A stretch of 64,000 nucleotides of DNA from an uncultured Acidobacteriota bacterium (GCA_963777605.1 CAVZRV010000030.1:384001-448000); one strand, 5' to 3'. Positions 9,620-19,157 are shown, numbered from the stretch's first letter. Program-made: numbers and translations. Notes: generated by a model not told the origin, from the sequence alone.

Positions 9620-11179
9620 ATGCGAGGGCTCCTCCGGGAGTCGCGGTTTTGGATCGATTCTATCGACAACGATGGGACTGGTGCAGGCCAAAACTTCACG
9701 GACCTCAATCTCCAGGCGATCCAGGACGAGGTCAATCCCAACTACTCGGAGACCTATCACTACGACGAACTCTACCGGCTTGACTCGGCGGAGACCAGTG
9801 TCTGGAGCCTCTCCTGGGTCTATGACCGCTACGGCAACCGGCTGAGCCAGTCGGGATCGGGCGGCGTACCGACCGAGACCCTGACGATCAGTACCACGAC
9901 AAATCGGGTAAGCGGCTGGACCTACGATGCCGCCGGCAATGTCACGGGCGACGGCACGCACACCTATGCGTACGATGCCGAAAACCGCTTGATCACCGTC
10001 GATGCGGGAGTCACCGCGACCTACGGCTACGGCCCCAATGGCGAGCGGGTCTGGAAGGTTGCCGGAGGGGTGACGACCTACTATTACTGGGGGATCGGCG
10101 AGAAGGTTTCGGGCTCGTGGACCAAGTTCTTCGTCTCGGGCCTCGGTGGTAAGCTGGTCGAGTACAGCAGTTCGACGACGAAGTTTTTTGTCACCAATCA
10201 TCTGGGCAGTGTGGCGGCGCGCATGGATGTCAGCGGAACCCTCAGCGAAACCTATCGCTATCTCCCGTTTGGAGAACTGTTTGCCGGTACCGCAACAACC
10301 CACGAGTTCTCCGGCAAGGAAAGGGATCAGGAATCGGGCCTCGATTACTTCGGGGCGCGGTATCTGGCGTCAAGTCACGGGAGATGGATGAGCGTGGATC
10401 CTGCGTTGGGCAATACGGCGAACCCGCAGCGCCTAAATCGCTATTCATATGTTGGGAACGCACCAACGTCACTTGTCGACCCGAATGGCATGCAATGGAC
10501 GCTAGTAGACTGCGGAATTATGGAGAATTCGGTCAAAATCACATATGAAACACCGGAGGAAGCGGGAAGCGAATCGAGCTGGTCAGGCGGGAAGAAATAC
10601 TATTGCATTTACAGTTGGACCGCCGAGCCTCCGCCCCCGAATCCTCCCGTTCCTCCGCCGACGAAACAACAGACCGGTGAGACGCCCGCGTTGAAGGCGC
10701 TTTCGTTCTCGGCGATGCAGAACATCGTGAAAGCGAATAATCTCTCCGGGCAAAGTGATGAGTTGATTCTCTGCCAAGCTTATAGAGAAAGCAAATTCCG
10801 GCCATGGGCGGTCAACGGGAAGACCGGAGCAAGCGGTCTTCTTCAGATCCTGCCTGCAGCGGCGCTAGACATCTGGAGTGGGGAGCCTGGGGGATTTGGA
10901 GAAAACGGGTTCTCGGCCGAGACAATCAACGGGTGGTTCTCCCCCGGCGGAAGAATCTTTCAGCCTGGATTCAATATTGCCACGGGGACTGCCTATTTGG
11001 GGTGGCTGATCTCTGATTGGTCGTCGGTAGGAGGAAGCGTCTGGCAAGCGCTCGACAGATACAGCCACGGTGCCAAGGGCTACGCTGACCAGATAGTGAG
11101 TTGTGAACAAGAACTGAAGGAGGCACTTGAAAACGGTTCGGATCCAATGCCAGTTCTCAAGAAGGTGCTCCCCCAATGA
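9620..11179 (+). CDS. Orphan Rhs-CT module with lytic transglycosylase (SLT)-like toxin domain
   Basis: 9711-~10400 repeats 7711-~8400; after DPNG, SLT motifs RESKF, GASGLLQI, NIATGTAYL, ALDRY; no credible N-terminus. Confidence 0.85.
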   Translation: MRGLLRESRFWIDSIDNDGTGAGQNFTDLNLQAIQDEVNPNYSETYHYDELYRLDSAETSVWSLSWVYDRYGNRLSQSGSGGVPTETLTISTTTNRVSGWTYDAAGNVTGDGTHTYAYDAENRLITVDAGVTATYGYGPNGERVWKVAGGVTTYYYWGIGEKVSGSWTKFFVSGLGGKLVEYSSSTTKFFVTNHLGSVAARMDVSGTLSETYRYLPFGELFAGTATTHEFSGKERDQESGLDYFGARYLASSHGRWMSVDPALGNTANPQRLNRYSYVGNAPTSLVDPNGMQWTLVDCGIMENSVKITYETPEEAGSESSWSGGKKYYCIYSWTAEPPPPNPPVPPPTKQQTGETPALKALSFSAMQNIVKANNLSGQSDELILCQAYRESKFRPWAVNGKTGASGLLQILPAAALDIWSGEPGGFGENGFSAETINGWFSPGGRIFQPGFNIATGTAYLGWLISDWSSVGGSVWQALDRYSHGAKGYADQIVSCEQELKEALENGSDPMPVLKKVLPQ

Positions 11180-12090
11180 AGAATAAACGATGGTGCCTCA
11201 CAATGCTTGTCGTTGAAATCGCCTTGATTGTCTGTGGTGCCGCGACCAGTGCCAACCTAGTCGAGGAGTCCGAGTTTGTAGCCTTCTGGACCACTGAGGC
11301 TGGAGATACGATCTTCAATTGCGAGGTTCAGTTCTCGGACTACGGCAAGCGTTGGCATAAGCTTGTCATTCTCAAGCAAGATTCTGACAGTGCCACTCTT
11401 GTTTACGAACCGGACTTCAGCCGAATCCAACAATTCTCAAACATTGATCTGACTGGAGACGGCGCGGACGAAATATTGACCAGTTGGTCAGATGGGATGG
11501 GTTCAGAGGCAGTCGTCATTCAGCTCGTGCCAGTTCCTCGGATCGTATTCCATCAACCGTACAAATACGGTTTTTCCGTTGAACCGCAGTTCCAGTACCC
11601 ATACTTGGATCGCATTCAGATCTTCACCGGAGCTTCGAACCCGGATGATGTAAGTGTTACTTCGTATGAATGGTCACCGGTAACAAAGCTATTCGTTGAG
11701 CGAGAATCACGGACTATCCATGCTCACCTCTTTGAAACGAGCTCGGGTTCGCCCTCGACAGGTCCGGCGAATGACGGAAGCGGCTGGCCAGAAGCTTCAA
11801 TCCGACTTGGGTCAAGGATCTTGCTGTCGCGACTGCTCCATCGCGCGGATCCAGTCGAACCGAGGGAAGCAAGCCTGGCCGGCTTAGAAGAGGAAGTTGT
11901 GGTTGAGTTGCTTGTTGATGACACGGGGAAGGTCGCGTCAGCTCGAGTCATAAAGGGCGATCCAAGGTTATCACAAGCTGTGTTGGAGGCGGTTCGGCAG
12001 TGGAGGTTCGAACCATTGATTGTCGGAAAGCACGCGGTCAAGATGCGATCTTTCGTGACGCTACGATTTCCGGAAGATTTCAGACGATAG
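11176..12090 (+). CDS. Secreted putative immunity protein with C-terminal TonB_C-like domain
   Basis: ATGA overlap; signal peptide; C-terminus VVVELLVDDTGKVASARVIKGDPRLSQAVLEAVRQWRFEP typical of TonB_C. Confidence 0.7.
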   Translation: MKNKRWCLTMLVVEIALIVCGAATSANLVEESEFVAFWTTEAGDTIFNCEVQFSDYGKRWHKLVILKQDSDSATLVYEPDFSRIQQFSNIDLTGDGADEILTSWSDGMGSEAVVIQLVPVPRIVFHQPYKYGFSVEPQFQYPYLDRIQIFTGASNPDDVSVTSYEWSPVTKLFVERESRTIHAHLFETSSGSPSTGPANDGSGWPEASIRLGSRILLSRLLHRADPVEPREASLAGLEEEVVVELLVDDTGKVASARVIKGDPRLSQAVLEAVRQWRFEPLIVGKHAVKMRSFVTLRFPEDFRR

Positions 12091-12396
12091 AAATGCTTAC
12101 TACGACGTCCGAAGTCGCAGCCGACTGAGCCGGCCGGGTTTGGGAGGGGTTCCCAGGATTCTGGGTTCAAAGTTCTTGGTGCGGCACTTGGCGAGTGGAT
12201 GGGATCCTCATAAATTCGCGGGTCGAAGGTGATCTTCTCAGTCTCGACCTGGTCTTCCGGCATTGCCATCGAGCGTACTTAGTAAGCGTCCGGTGAACCC
12301 ATCTTTCCTTCAGTAGCCTCCCGACGGATACTCCGCGACAGTGGCGCGGGGCGTGGTGCCTGTGCCGAGGAGTGCGAACTGGACCGGAGGGATCCG

Positions 12397-12747
12397 ATGG
12401 GGCGAGCGAAGCGGGATGTGGAGAAGGAGCGGTACTGGCGGAAGACGATCCGGGAGGCGGCCGGCAGTGGACTGTCGATCCGGGAGTTCTGCCGGCGGAA
12501 TGATCTGAGCGAGAGTCAGTTTCACTGGTGGCAGCGCCGGTTGAGAACGAACGAGCGCGGCGGCTCGAAACGCAAGCCCACAGATGAGAGCCGGGCGAGC
12601 TTCGCGCTGGTCAGCGAGGAGGCGGCAGGGCTGGAAGCCGGTCTGGAGCTGGTCCTGATTGACGGACGTCGGCTGCGCATCGGCCGGGGAGTGGACGAGG
12701 AGACGCTGCGGACGGTGCTCGGGGTGGTGGAGACGAGTGGGTGCTGA
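12397..12747 (+). CDS. tnpA: IS66 accessory protein TnpA
   Basis: W...I.....SGLSIREFCRRNDLSESQFHWWQRRL HTH typical of IS66 Orf1. Confidence 0.85.
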   Translation: MGRAKRDVEKERYWRKTIREAAGSGLSIREFCRRNDLSESQFHWWQRRLRTNERGGSKRKPTDESRASFALVSEEAAGLEAGLELVLIDGRRLRIGRGVDEETLRTVLGVVETSGC

Positions 12748-13184
12748 GTTTCCCGGCGGCCGTCAAGGTCTATCTGTGCACGGTGCCCTGCGACATGCGG
12801 CGCTCCTTCGACGGACTGTCGATGATGGCCGAGCACGTGATCGGCTGCAATCCCTTCTCGGGTCACCTGCTGGTGTTCTGCAATCGCCGCTCGGATCGGG
12901 TGAAGATCCTGTACTGGGACCGGGACGGATGGGCGATCTGGTACAAGCGGTTGGAGGCGGGAACGTTCGCCTTTCCCTTTGCCGAGACGGGACGCAAGGA
13001 GATCGCGGCCTGGGAGCTGGGCGTGCTGCTGGAGGGGATCGATCTGGGTCGGGGCCGACGGCGCAAGCGCTACGCTTTGGCGGGGGAAACGGAAGCGGCG
13101 CGGCAAGGGGATGAAAAGGATTGCCGGGAGAGGGCATTTAGGGGTGGACAAAAGCCGAGAGCTCTGCTATGCTCTCGGGTATGA
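12741..13184 (+). CDS. tnpB: IS66 accessory protein TnpB
   Basis: DMRRSFDGL, VFCNRR, KILYWDRDG, KRLEAGTF motifs. Confidence 0.92.
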   Translation: MLSFPAAVKVYLCTVPCDMRRSFDGLSMMAEHVIGCNPFSGHLLVFCNRRSDRVKILYWDRDGWAIWYKRLEAGTFAFPFAETGRKEIAAWELGVLLEGIDLGRGRRRKRYALAGETEAARQGDEKDCRERAFRGGQKPRALLCSRV

Positions 13185-13541
13185 CAAACGTTTCCTCCAC
13201 CACGCTGCGCCAACAGATCGAGCAGATCCAAACCGAGCTGGCGGCTCTGGGGCCGATCCACCCCGGGAGCCTCTCCGAACAGTACAACGTCTGCGGGACG
13301 CCGGGCTGCCGCTGCAAGGATCCCGACGACCCCCAAAAGCACGGGCCCTACTACCAGTTGAGCTTCACCTGGCGGGGCAAGAGCAGCTCGCGGTTCGTCA
13401 AACAGGATCGGCTCGAGGCGACCCGCCACAAGGTGGCCAACTACAAACGAGCTGCGCGACCTGGTCAACCGGTGGGTGGACCTGGCCGTCGAATTGGAGC
13501 GGGCCGAACGCGAGGAAGCCAAAGCGCGTCATGGAGCTTGA
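13181..13541 (+). CDS. DUF6788-like Cys-motif protein inside IS66 (one frameshift near 13450)
   Basis: GSLSEQYNVCGTPGCRC...HGPYYQL; continues after a 1-nt shift as LRDLVNRWVDLAVELE. Confidence 0.7.
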
Positions 13542-15063
13542 TCCCACCCGGCTGCCGGCCGATCCGGGGGCGCTGCGGGCCATCATCCTGGGACTGGTCG
13601 AAGATCTGGAGACGAGCCGGCGTCGACTGCGCCAGGCCCAACACCTGTTGGAACAGCTGCTGCGTCACCGCTACGGAGCACGGCGGGAGCGGGTGGACGA
13701 GAACCAGCTGTTCTTGTTTGCCGCCGGGATCGTCGAAAGCGGCAAGGATCGGACACCCCCGGCCAGAGAAGAGACCCCCGCGCCGAAACCGCAAAGGAGA
13801 GGCCATGGTCGCCGGCCGCTGCCGGCCTCGCTCGAGCGCCGCCGGGTGGTCTACGACCTCGGGGAGGACGAACGGCACTGCCCCGAATGCGGGGATCCCC
13901 TGCACCACATCGGAGAGGAGACGAGCGAACGGCTCGAGTACGTCCCGGCCTGCTTTCAGGTGATCGAGGAATCGTGTCAAAAGTACGCCTGCCGGAAGGG
14001 ATGCACGGTGGTGACGGCCGACAAACCGCGGGCGCCGATCGACAAGGGAAGGCCGGGGCCGGGACTGCTGGCCCAGGTGGCGGTCTCGAAGTACGCCGAC
14101 CATTTGCCGCTGTATCGTCAGGAAGGCATCTATCGGCGGCAGGGCGTGGAGTTGTCGCGCCAGACCCTGTGCGGGTGGATGCGGCAATGCGCCGAACTCG
14201 TCGATCCTTTGTATGAACGGATGAAGCGTGAGGTCCTGAGCTCGAAGGTGGTCGGAACCGACGATACGCCGGTCAACGTCCTCGACCGGAGCCGATCGCG
14301 GACCCGGGTGGGTCGGATCTGGACCTACGTGGGGGACGACCGGCATCCTTACACGGTCTACGACTACACGCCCAATCGCAGCCGGGCCGGACCGCAAGCG
14401 TTCCTCGACGACTTCACCGGATATCTGCAGGCGGACGCCTACGCCGGTTACGATCAGCTCTATCAGGATCCCAGACGCCCGGTCGTTGAGGTGGCCTGCT
14501 GGGCACACGCCCGGCGCAAGTTCTTCGAGGCCCAGTCGTCGGACGTGATGCGTTCGACGGTTTTACTGGCCTACATCCGGCTGTTGTACGACGTCGAACG
14601 GGAGGCCCGAAAGGCCAGGCTGACGGCAAAGCAACGTGATCGGTTACGGCGCCGGCGCTCGGGGCCGATTCTCGACGACATCCACGCCTACCTGGAAAAG
14701 GAGCGGGAACAGGTCTTGCCGAAGTCTCCGATCGGGGTGGCCATCGGCTATGCGCTCTCGAACTGGCGGGCGTTGGTCCGCTACCTGGAGGACGGGGATC
14801 TCGAGATCGACAACAACCCGGCCGAGCGCAGTCTGCGAGGGATCGCCATCGGCCGCAAGAACTGGATGTTCTACGGTAGCGACAACGGCGGGCGGACCGG
14901 AGCGGTCCTGACCAGCCTCATCACCACGTGCCGCAGGCACGACATCGACCCCTTCGACTATTTGCGCGACATCTTCGAGCGTATCGGCGAGCATCCGCAC
15001 ACCCGGCTCGACGAACTCCTGCCCGATCGTTGGCAGCCTGCCCGGACGACCGCAACCTCCTGA
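13531..15063 (+). CDS. tnpC: IS66 DDE transposase TnpC
   Basis: Zinc ribbon CPECG; KYADHLPLYRQ, DDTP, LQADAYAGY, CWAHARRKF, IDNNPAERSLR, GRKNW. Confidence 0.95.
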   Translation: MELDPTRLPADPGALRAIILGLVEDLETSRRRLRQAQHLLEQLLRHRYGARRERVDENQLFLFAAGIVESGKDRTPPAREETPAPKPQRRGHGRRPLPASLERRRVVYDLGEDERHCPECGDPLHHIGEETSERLEYVPACFQVIEESCQKYACRKGCTVVTADKPRAPIDKGRPGPGLLAQVAVSKYADHLPLYRQEGIYRRQGVELSRQTLCGWMRQCAELVDPLYERMKREVLSSKVVGTDDTPVNVLDRSRSRTRVGRIWTYVGDDRHPYTVYDYTPNRSRAGPQAFLDDFTGYLQADAYAGYDQLYQDPRRPVVEVACWAHARRKFFEAQSSDVMRSTVLLAYIRLLYDVEREARKARLTAKQRDRLRRRRSGPILDDIHAYLEKEREQVLPKSPIGVAIGYALSNWRALVRYLEDGDLEIDNNPAERSLRGIAIGRKNWMFYGSDNGGRTGAVLTSLITTCRRHDIDPFDYLRDIFERIGEHPHTRLDELLPDRWQPARTTATS

Positions 15064-15125
15064 GTTCGCCGCAGCCATTCCACACGCCGGCACCACAGAT
15101 CAAGATGGGTTCACCGGACGCTTAC

Positions 15126-15569
15126 GTACGGAGTCAGGGAGATTCGAGGGCAGTAGAGGCGTACCAACTCGGCCGTGTCGATAGTGATCACGTCATGGGC
15201 TCGATCCCGATAGGGCTTCCCAATGAGCAGTCGATCCAGTCGAGCCTCGTCCACCCAGAAGAACACTTTGCTGTTCAGGAGTCGGCACCATTCACCGGGA
15301 GTCATGTCGATGAGGACCTTCCTCAGAGTCGATTCTCTAAGAACCTTTTGGTCGCGTATCACGACGTCCGGCAGACCGTCGTGGCGAAGAACAACTGATT
15401 CCTTTCGGGGCTCACACTCGATGGGATAGCGGATTTCCGGAGGGACCTGATACAGGTCGAGCAGCGCCGACGTGCTCAGAAGTCCGAGCTTACAGATGCT
15501 GTCCCACGCTCCTGCTTCGGCCATGTGGCAGACGAGCGGGTAGGTGGCGACGAGGTCCTCAACTCTCAT
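15126..15569 (-). pseudogene. Truncated DUF7002-like (DarT-like ADP-ribosyltransferase fold) gene cut by IS66
   Basis: HMAEAGAWDSICKLGLLSTSALLD, IRDQK, LNSKVFFW; reading frame runs into the IS66 right IR. Confidence 0.55.
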
Positions 15570-16045
15570 TCCCGAGGCTCCCCTCTCCACGTACGCCGAT
15601 CGATGATGGATCGGAAATCAAACCTGGTGGAAATCAACGAAACCGGTGCTTGGGCAACGGCCTCCACTTCTTGCACGAAGCGAATGCTGTCTTCAGTAAG
15701 CTGCTCAAACCTGCGAGCTTCTCGATTCGCTTTGTCGATGTAGTCGACAAAAGACAGTGCGATATCGGTCGGTCCATTCAAAAGTGTCGCCCGGTGAAGC
15801 AGATGCCAGTCAAACTCAGCAACTCGTCGCATCCTCTTTGTTGTGGATGTTAGCTCATTCCCGAGTAGTTCTTTCAACGGAATGCGTGATCTCCTGCTCA
15901 CTTCCTTCCAGTCGATTTCTCCAGACATCGGTCCGGATGTTCCCTTCTTTGGTGACTCTACTCGGATCGGATAGGTTCTGCAGACCATTACGATTCTTCG
16001 AACCCTGGACGGGGCAATTCCCGCCTCTGACAGGCATCCGGACAC
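15566..16045 (-). pseudogene. C-terminal fragment of adenylosuccinate synthetase-like (short PurA/PurZ-type) protein
   Basis: RTYPIRV...SGPM, TSTTKRMRRVAEFDW, LNGPTDIALSFVDY; N-terminal GTP-binding half absent. Confidence 0.7.
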
Positions 16046-16494
16046 TCGGGATCAATGAGGTAGTAGTCGCTATCGTGTCGCTTGGTCTTGAGCCCGCCGA
16101 CCTCCTGCTTTTCCCGCAGGAAGGCGTAATCACGTAGGGACGGTCTGCGCTCGTGTCGCTTGTAGCTTTCCAGGAGTTCCGCGATCCCTCTTGTCTGCCC
16201 GATATTCAACGGGCCTTCGACATTTCGTCTGACGTCGAAAAAGAGCTCCGCAATGTTGATGGCGAGACTCTCCAGCATGTTTCCGAGCGAGCTGTCCAGG
16301 GATCGAACCAGAGCGGTGTAGTACTGAATCTCCGGGCCGAGTGCGGCAATGAAGACATTGTGGATCTTCATGTTCAAAGTGCCATTTGGGTCGTCAACCT
16401 CCCCTTCGTGGCGAGCTTGAAAGCCGGTGGCGTAGGACTCCACGGCCGTATGCACGAGAGCCCGAATGGCACTCTCGTCGGTTACCGATTTCAT
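16046..16494 (-). pseudogene. N-terminal fragment of type II restriction endonuclease (TdeIII-like)
   Basis: KIHNVFIAALGPEIQYYTALVRSLDSSLGNMLESLAINIA...HDSDYYLID; ends before an E-x-K catalytic motif. Confidence 0.5.
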
Positions 16495-16664
16495 TGAGTC
16501 GGGATGTAAATAATTAGAAAGAAGTGACTTCTTCAGTATAGAGGAATGCAGAAATTCTGCAAGAACGAGCTAAACACACAGGAGAACACGACTTTCTCAG
16601 CGTGAAAGACCAGAGACTCCGCAGGAGAGCTGTACGACTCAAGAAACTAAGAGGTTTGGACCGT

Positions 16665-16909
16665 CTACAAAACTGACTACAGGGGGATTTTGAGCGGATT
16701 CCGGAAACAGCTGTAAACTATTGAAAACAAATGGTGAAGGTAATCGGACTCGAACCGCCGACCCCCTGCGTGCAAAGCAGGGCCGTTCCAAACCCGGAAA
16801 TGTCCGTTTTATGGGCTTCTTGTTTTCAGTGAGTTACGGCCAGCCTGTTGAGGTTCCTGACTCTGTGTGGGTTTGAGGGGCTCTGAGCGACTACAATTCT
16901 GACTACAGG
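16665..16909. repeat. Arm-type direct repeats and IHF-like inverted sites flanking the tRNA fragment
   Basis: CTACAA-AAC/TTC-TGACTACAGG at 16665-16683 and 16891-16909; inverted TTGTTTTCA-N5-TTAC at 16713-16730 and 16820-16837. Confidence 0.65.
16732..16781 (-). other. 3' half of tRNA-Ala(TGC), integrase attachment core
   Basis: Minus strand CCTGC-TT-TGC-AC-GCAGG anticodon arm, GGTTCGAGTCC T-loop, ends CCA; D-arm and 5' acceptor strand missing. Confidence 0.8.
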
Positions 16910-17379
16910 CAGATGTCCCATTTCGTCATTAAAGGTTCCTCCACGGGGGCCGGGATCACCAGAAAACCTCCTCCGGACAAAGACATGTGTAATTACTGTC
17001 TTTCCCGCTGACGTAATGACTGAATCGTCCTTGCCTTGGTGAGCCGGGAAAGGCTGGATACGCCACATAATCAAATCCTCAGCGGAGACGAATGGCACGT
17101 GTTGAGCGTCTGGTCAACCGGCAGGATTGCGGACACAACTCCCGGCGCCCAGCAGGACATGCATGGACTGGCAGACTAGGCGGTTGGCTCAGCAGAGGCA
17201 GACAAGACAATCCAGTCACAACCTAAGTGTGGAGAGGCCTGCCCCGCTTGCCGAACCTCGCGCAGGGTTATCGTTTGGCACTACAGATCCACAGAGTGAG
17301 AGCCTGCCCATGGCCCACAGTTTTACCTGTTCGGTACAGCGAGAACTGAGCCGGGGCATTCAATAACCCACCGCTCATA

Positions 17380-18168
17380 GGTATTGTCAACTTAACGATG
17401 AGATGGCGATACAGGTCCCCAAAATCCGCTTTATTAGGAGATGGACGTCACCTGTTGCCAACACTCGAAAGCACGGTCCCGGAGGAGTCGATGGTGGCAC
17501 GAGCGAAGGAGGTGTCGCCCCACTCGAAACAGGTTCTGAACGGCTGCGTGAATGCTCAGGAATCGCTGGGCTTGCCCTACGGACTTGAATCGTCGCATCT
17601 GGCGTTCTCGCTGTCGAGTCGGCTGGTGTGATACCTCAACCCGGTTGTTCTCGTATTGCCCAGTTGCATGGGGAATCGTTGGAATCAGTTCTCGATGAGC
17701 GGCAGTAGCTTCCCAGCTTGTCGGTGACAAGCCTGTTGAGACCAGATCTTTGTGGGCTTTCAGGAGCTTACGAAAGAACCGCTTGGCGGCCTGTCGATCT
17801 CGTCTGTTCTGCAGCAGAATGTCGATCGTGTCTCCGTCTTGGTCGGCAGCTCGCCAGAGGTAGTCTCGTTCTCCACGGATCGTGACGAAGAGTTCATCGA
17901 GATGCCAAGTGTCCCCCAGTCGACCCTCTTTGTTCCTCAGCCTCCGCGCGTAGACCGTCCCGAACTTGCGACACCAGTACCGCACGGACTCGTACGAAAC
18001 GGCAATTCCGCGCTCAGCCAAGAGGCCCTCGACATCTCGGAAACTGAGACTGAAGCGGTGATACAACCAGAAGGCGTAACTAATGATCGGAGATGGAAAG
18101 CGATGTCGGGTGTAGCTCGGGGTGTTCATCCCGCCATTCTCGCCGACGGCCGTTAATTTGACGGTGCC
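17380..18168 (-). mobile_element. IS6-family insertion sequence
   Basis: Imperfect 18-bp IRs GGTATTGTCAACTTAACG / GGCACCGTCAAATTAACG around a single transposase. Confidence 0.88.
17434..18129 (-). CDS. IS6-family DDE transposase (short compensated frameshift in the middle)
   Basis: RHRFP..II, LSFRDVE.LLAERG, WHLDE, YLWRA.D, NNRVEVSHQP. Confidence 0.88.
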   Translation of the reverse strand: MNTPSYTRHRFPSPIISYAFWLYHRFSLSFRDVEGLLAERGIAVSYESVRYWCRKFGTVYARRLRNKEGRLGDTWHLDELFVTIRGERDYLWRAADQDGDTIDILLQNRRDRQAAKRFFRKLLKAHKDLVSTGLSPTSWEATAAHRELIPTIPHATGQYENNRVEVSHQPTRQRERQMRRFKSVGQAQRFLSIHAAVQNLFRVGRHLLRSCHHRLLRDRAFECWQQVTSIS

Positions 18169-19157
18169 TGGAAAAGCCCTTCGCGAAAAAGGTAATCGGC
18201 TATCTTCCGGGCAAACTCCACGTTGCAGTGCCAGTGATCGCCGGGAGCTTCCTGTACGTTGTGTCCCGCCCTAAGCTCCTGAAAGAGAAGAGGGGCCAAG
18301 TCAAAGTGGCGGATGTTTCGTGCAGTCAGTTCATCAAGCGCAACTTCGCGGGCAGTGCAGTCGCGGGCGGACCACTTCTCCCGCTCTGCCAAGTATGGAA
18401 ACAGGATGACGGTCAGAGAGCTCTTGGAGGGAAGCAGCACAGTCAATTGGTCGAGAGCTTCGCGAAACTCATCAGCAGACGCCTCGACGGAGGGCTGCTC
18501 CCCTCTGAAACGAACCGTGAGATAGTCCCTGAACAACTGTGAGTACCGGCCGAAGAACCGGTCAAGGCTTGAGAGCGGCCTTGCCGGGGCCACCACGTGC
18601 AGCTCGCCATCCTGGCCGACAAATGCGATTGGCGTGATCTGGAAATCATTCACGTGGAAAGTGAGCACGACTCTATCCGGATCGATCTTGTAGTTGTAGC
18701 GACGATACAGTTCGACCTCCTGTGTCGTATTAAAGGAATCAACGCCGGCGTTCCAGTACTCATATCGCTCAGTCCCGTAGCACTCACGCAGTGCGTCAAT
18801 GATATGACCCCGAAAGGTCACCGAATCGCCCATGAAGAGAATCCGCTCAATCCCAGGACGTTTCTTCGGTGGATACGAGTTCAAAGTAGTTCCGAAGCGA
18901 GAGTAAAGAGCTTCTTCCGAGTGGGGTTCCGACCTCAGGAGAGGCCGGAACCCCATCCTGTTGTCAAGCACGAGAACTCGGCGTGCATGGTCAAGGTCCC
19001 AATTCAGCCAATCTAATTCCTGGCCCGCTCGACCTACCGCAATTGGGAGAAGGCGCGCGGCCAGTTCACAAAGGATAAGCGCACAGATAACCCCCAAACA
19101 CAAGGATAGCAGCCTGAATAGGAGTATTCGGCGACGGCTCGACCAGTCAATTCCCAT
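18153..19157 (-). CDS. Membrane-anchored SGNH/GDSL hydrolase; stop codon lies inside the IS6 end
   Basis: N-terminal TM; FMGDSVT, NAGV, FHVND, DHWH blocks. Confidence 0.8.
   Translation of the reverse strand: MGIDWSSRRRILLFRLLSLCLGVICALILCELAARLLPIAVGRAGQELDWLNWDLDHARRVLVLDNRMGFRPLLRSEPHSEEALYSRFGTTLNSYPPKKRPGIERILFMGDSVTFRGHIIDALRECYGTERYEYWNAGVDSFNTTQEVELYRRYNYKIDPDRVVLTFHVNDFQITPIAFVGQDGELHVVAPARPLSSLDRFFGRYSQLFRDYLTVRFRGEQPSVEASADEFREALDQLTVLLPSKSSLTVILFPYLAEREKWSARDCTAREVALDELTARNIRHFDLAPLLFQELRAGHNVQEAPGDHWHCNVEFARKIADYLFREGLFQAPSN

Larger units (their letters stand above)
12282..15125 (+). mobile_element. IS66-family insertion sequence (2844 bp)
   Basis: Perfect 24-bp terminal IRs GTAAGCGTCCGGTGAACCCATCTT (12282-12305, 15102-15125); tnpA/tnpB/tnpC; no 8-bp target duplication. 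Confidence 0.95.

Noticed and set aside
16732-16781. Functional tRNA-Ala gene
   Set aside because: Only the anticodon arm to CCA is present, the T-stem is imperfect and there is no D-arm.
16826-17098. Possible nucleotidyltransferase remnant (PFVSAEDLI)
   Set aside because: Only one short motif and no supporting frame.
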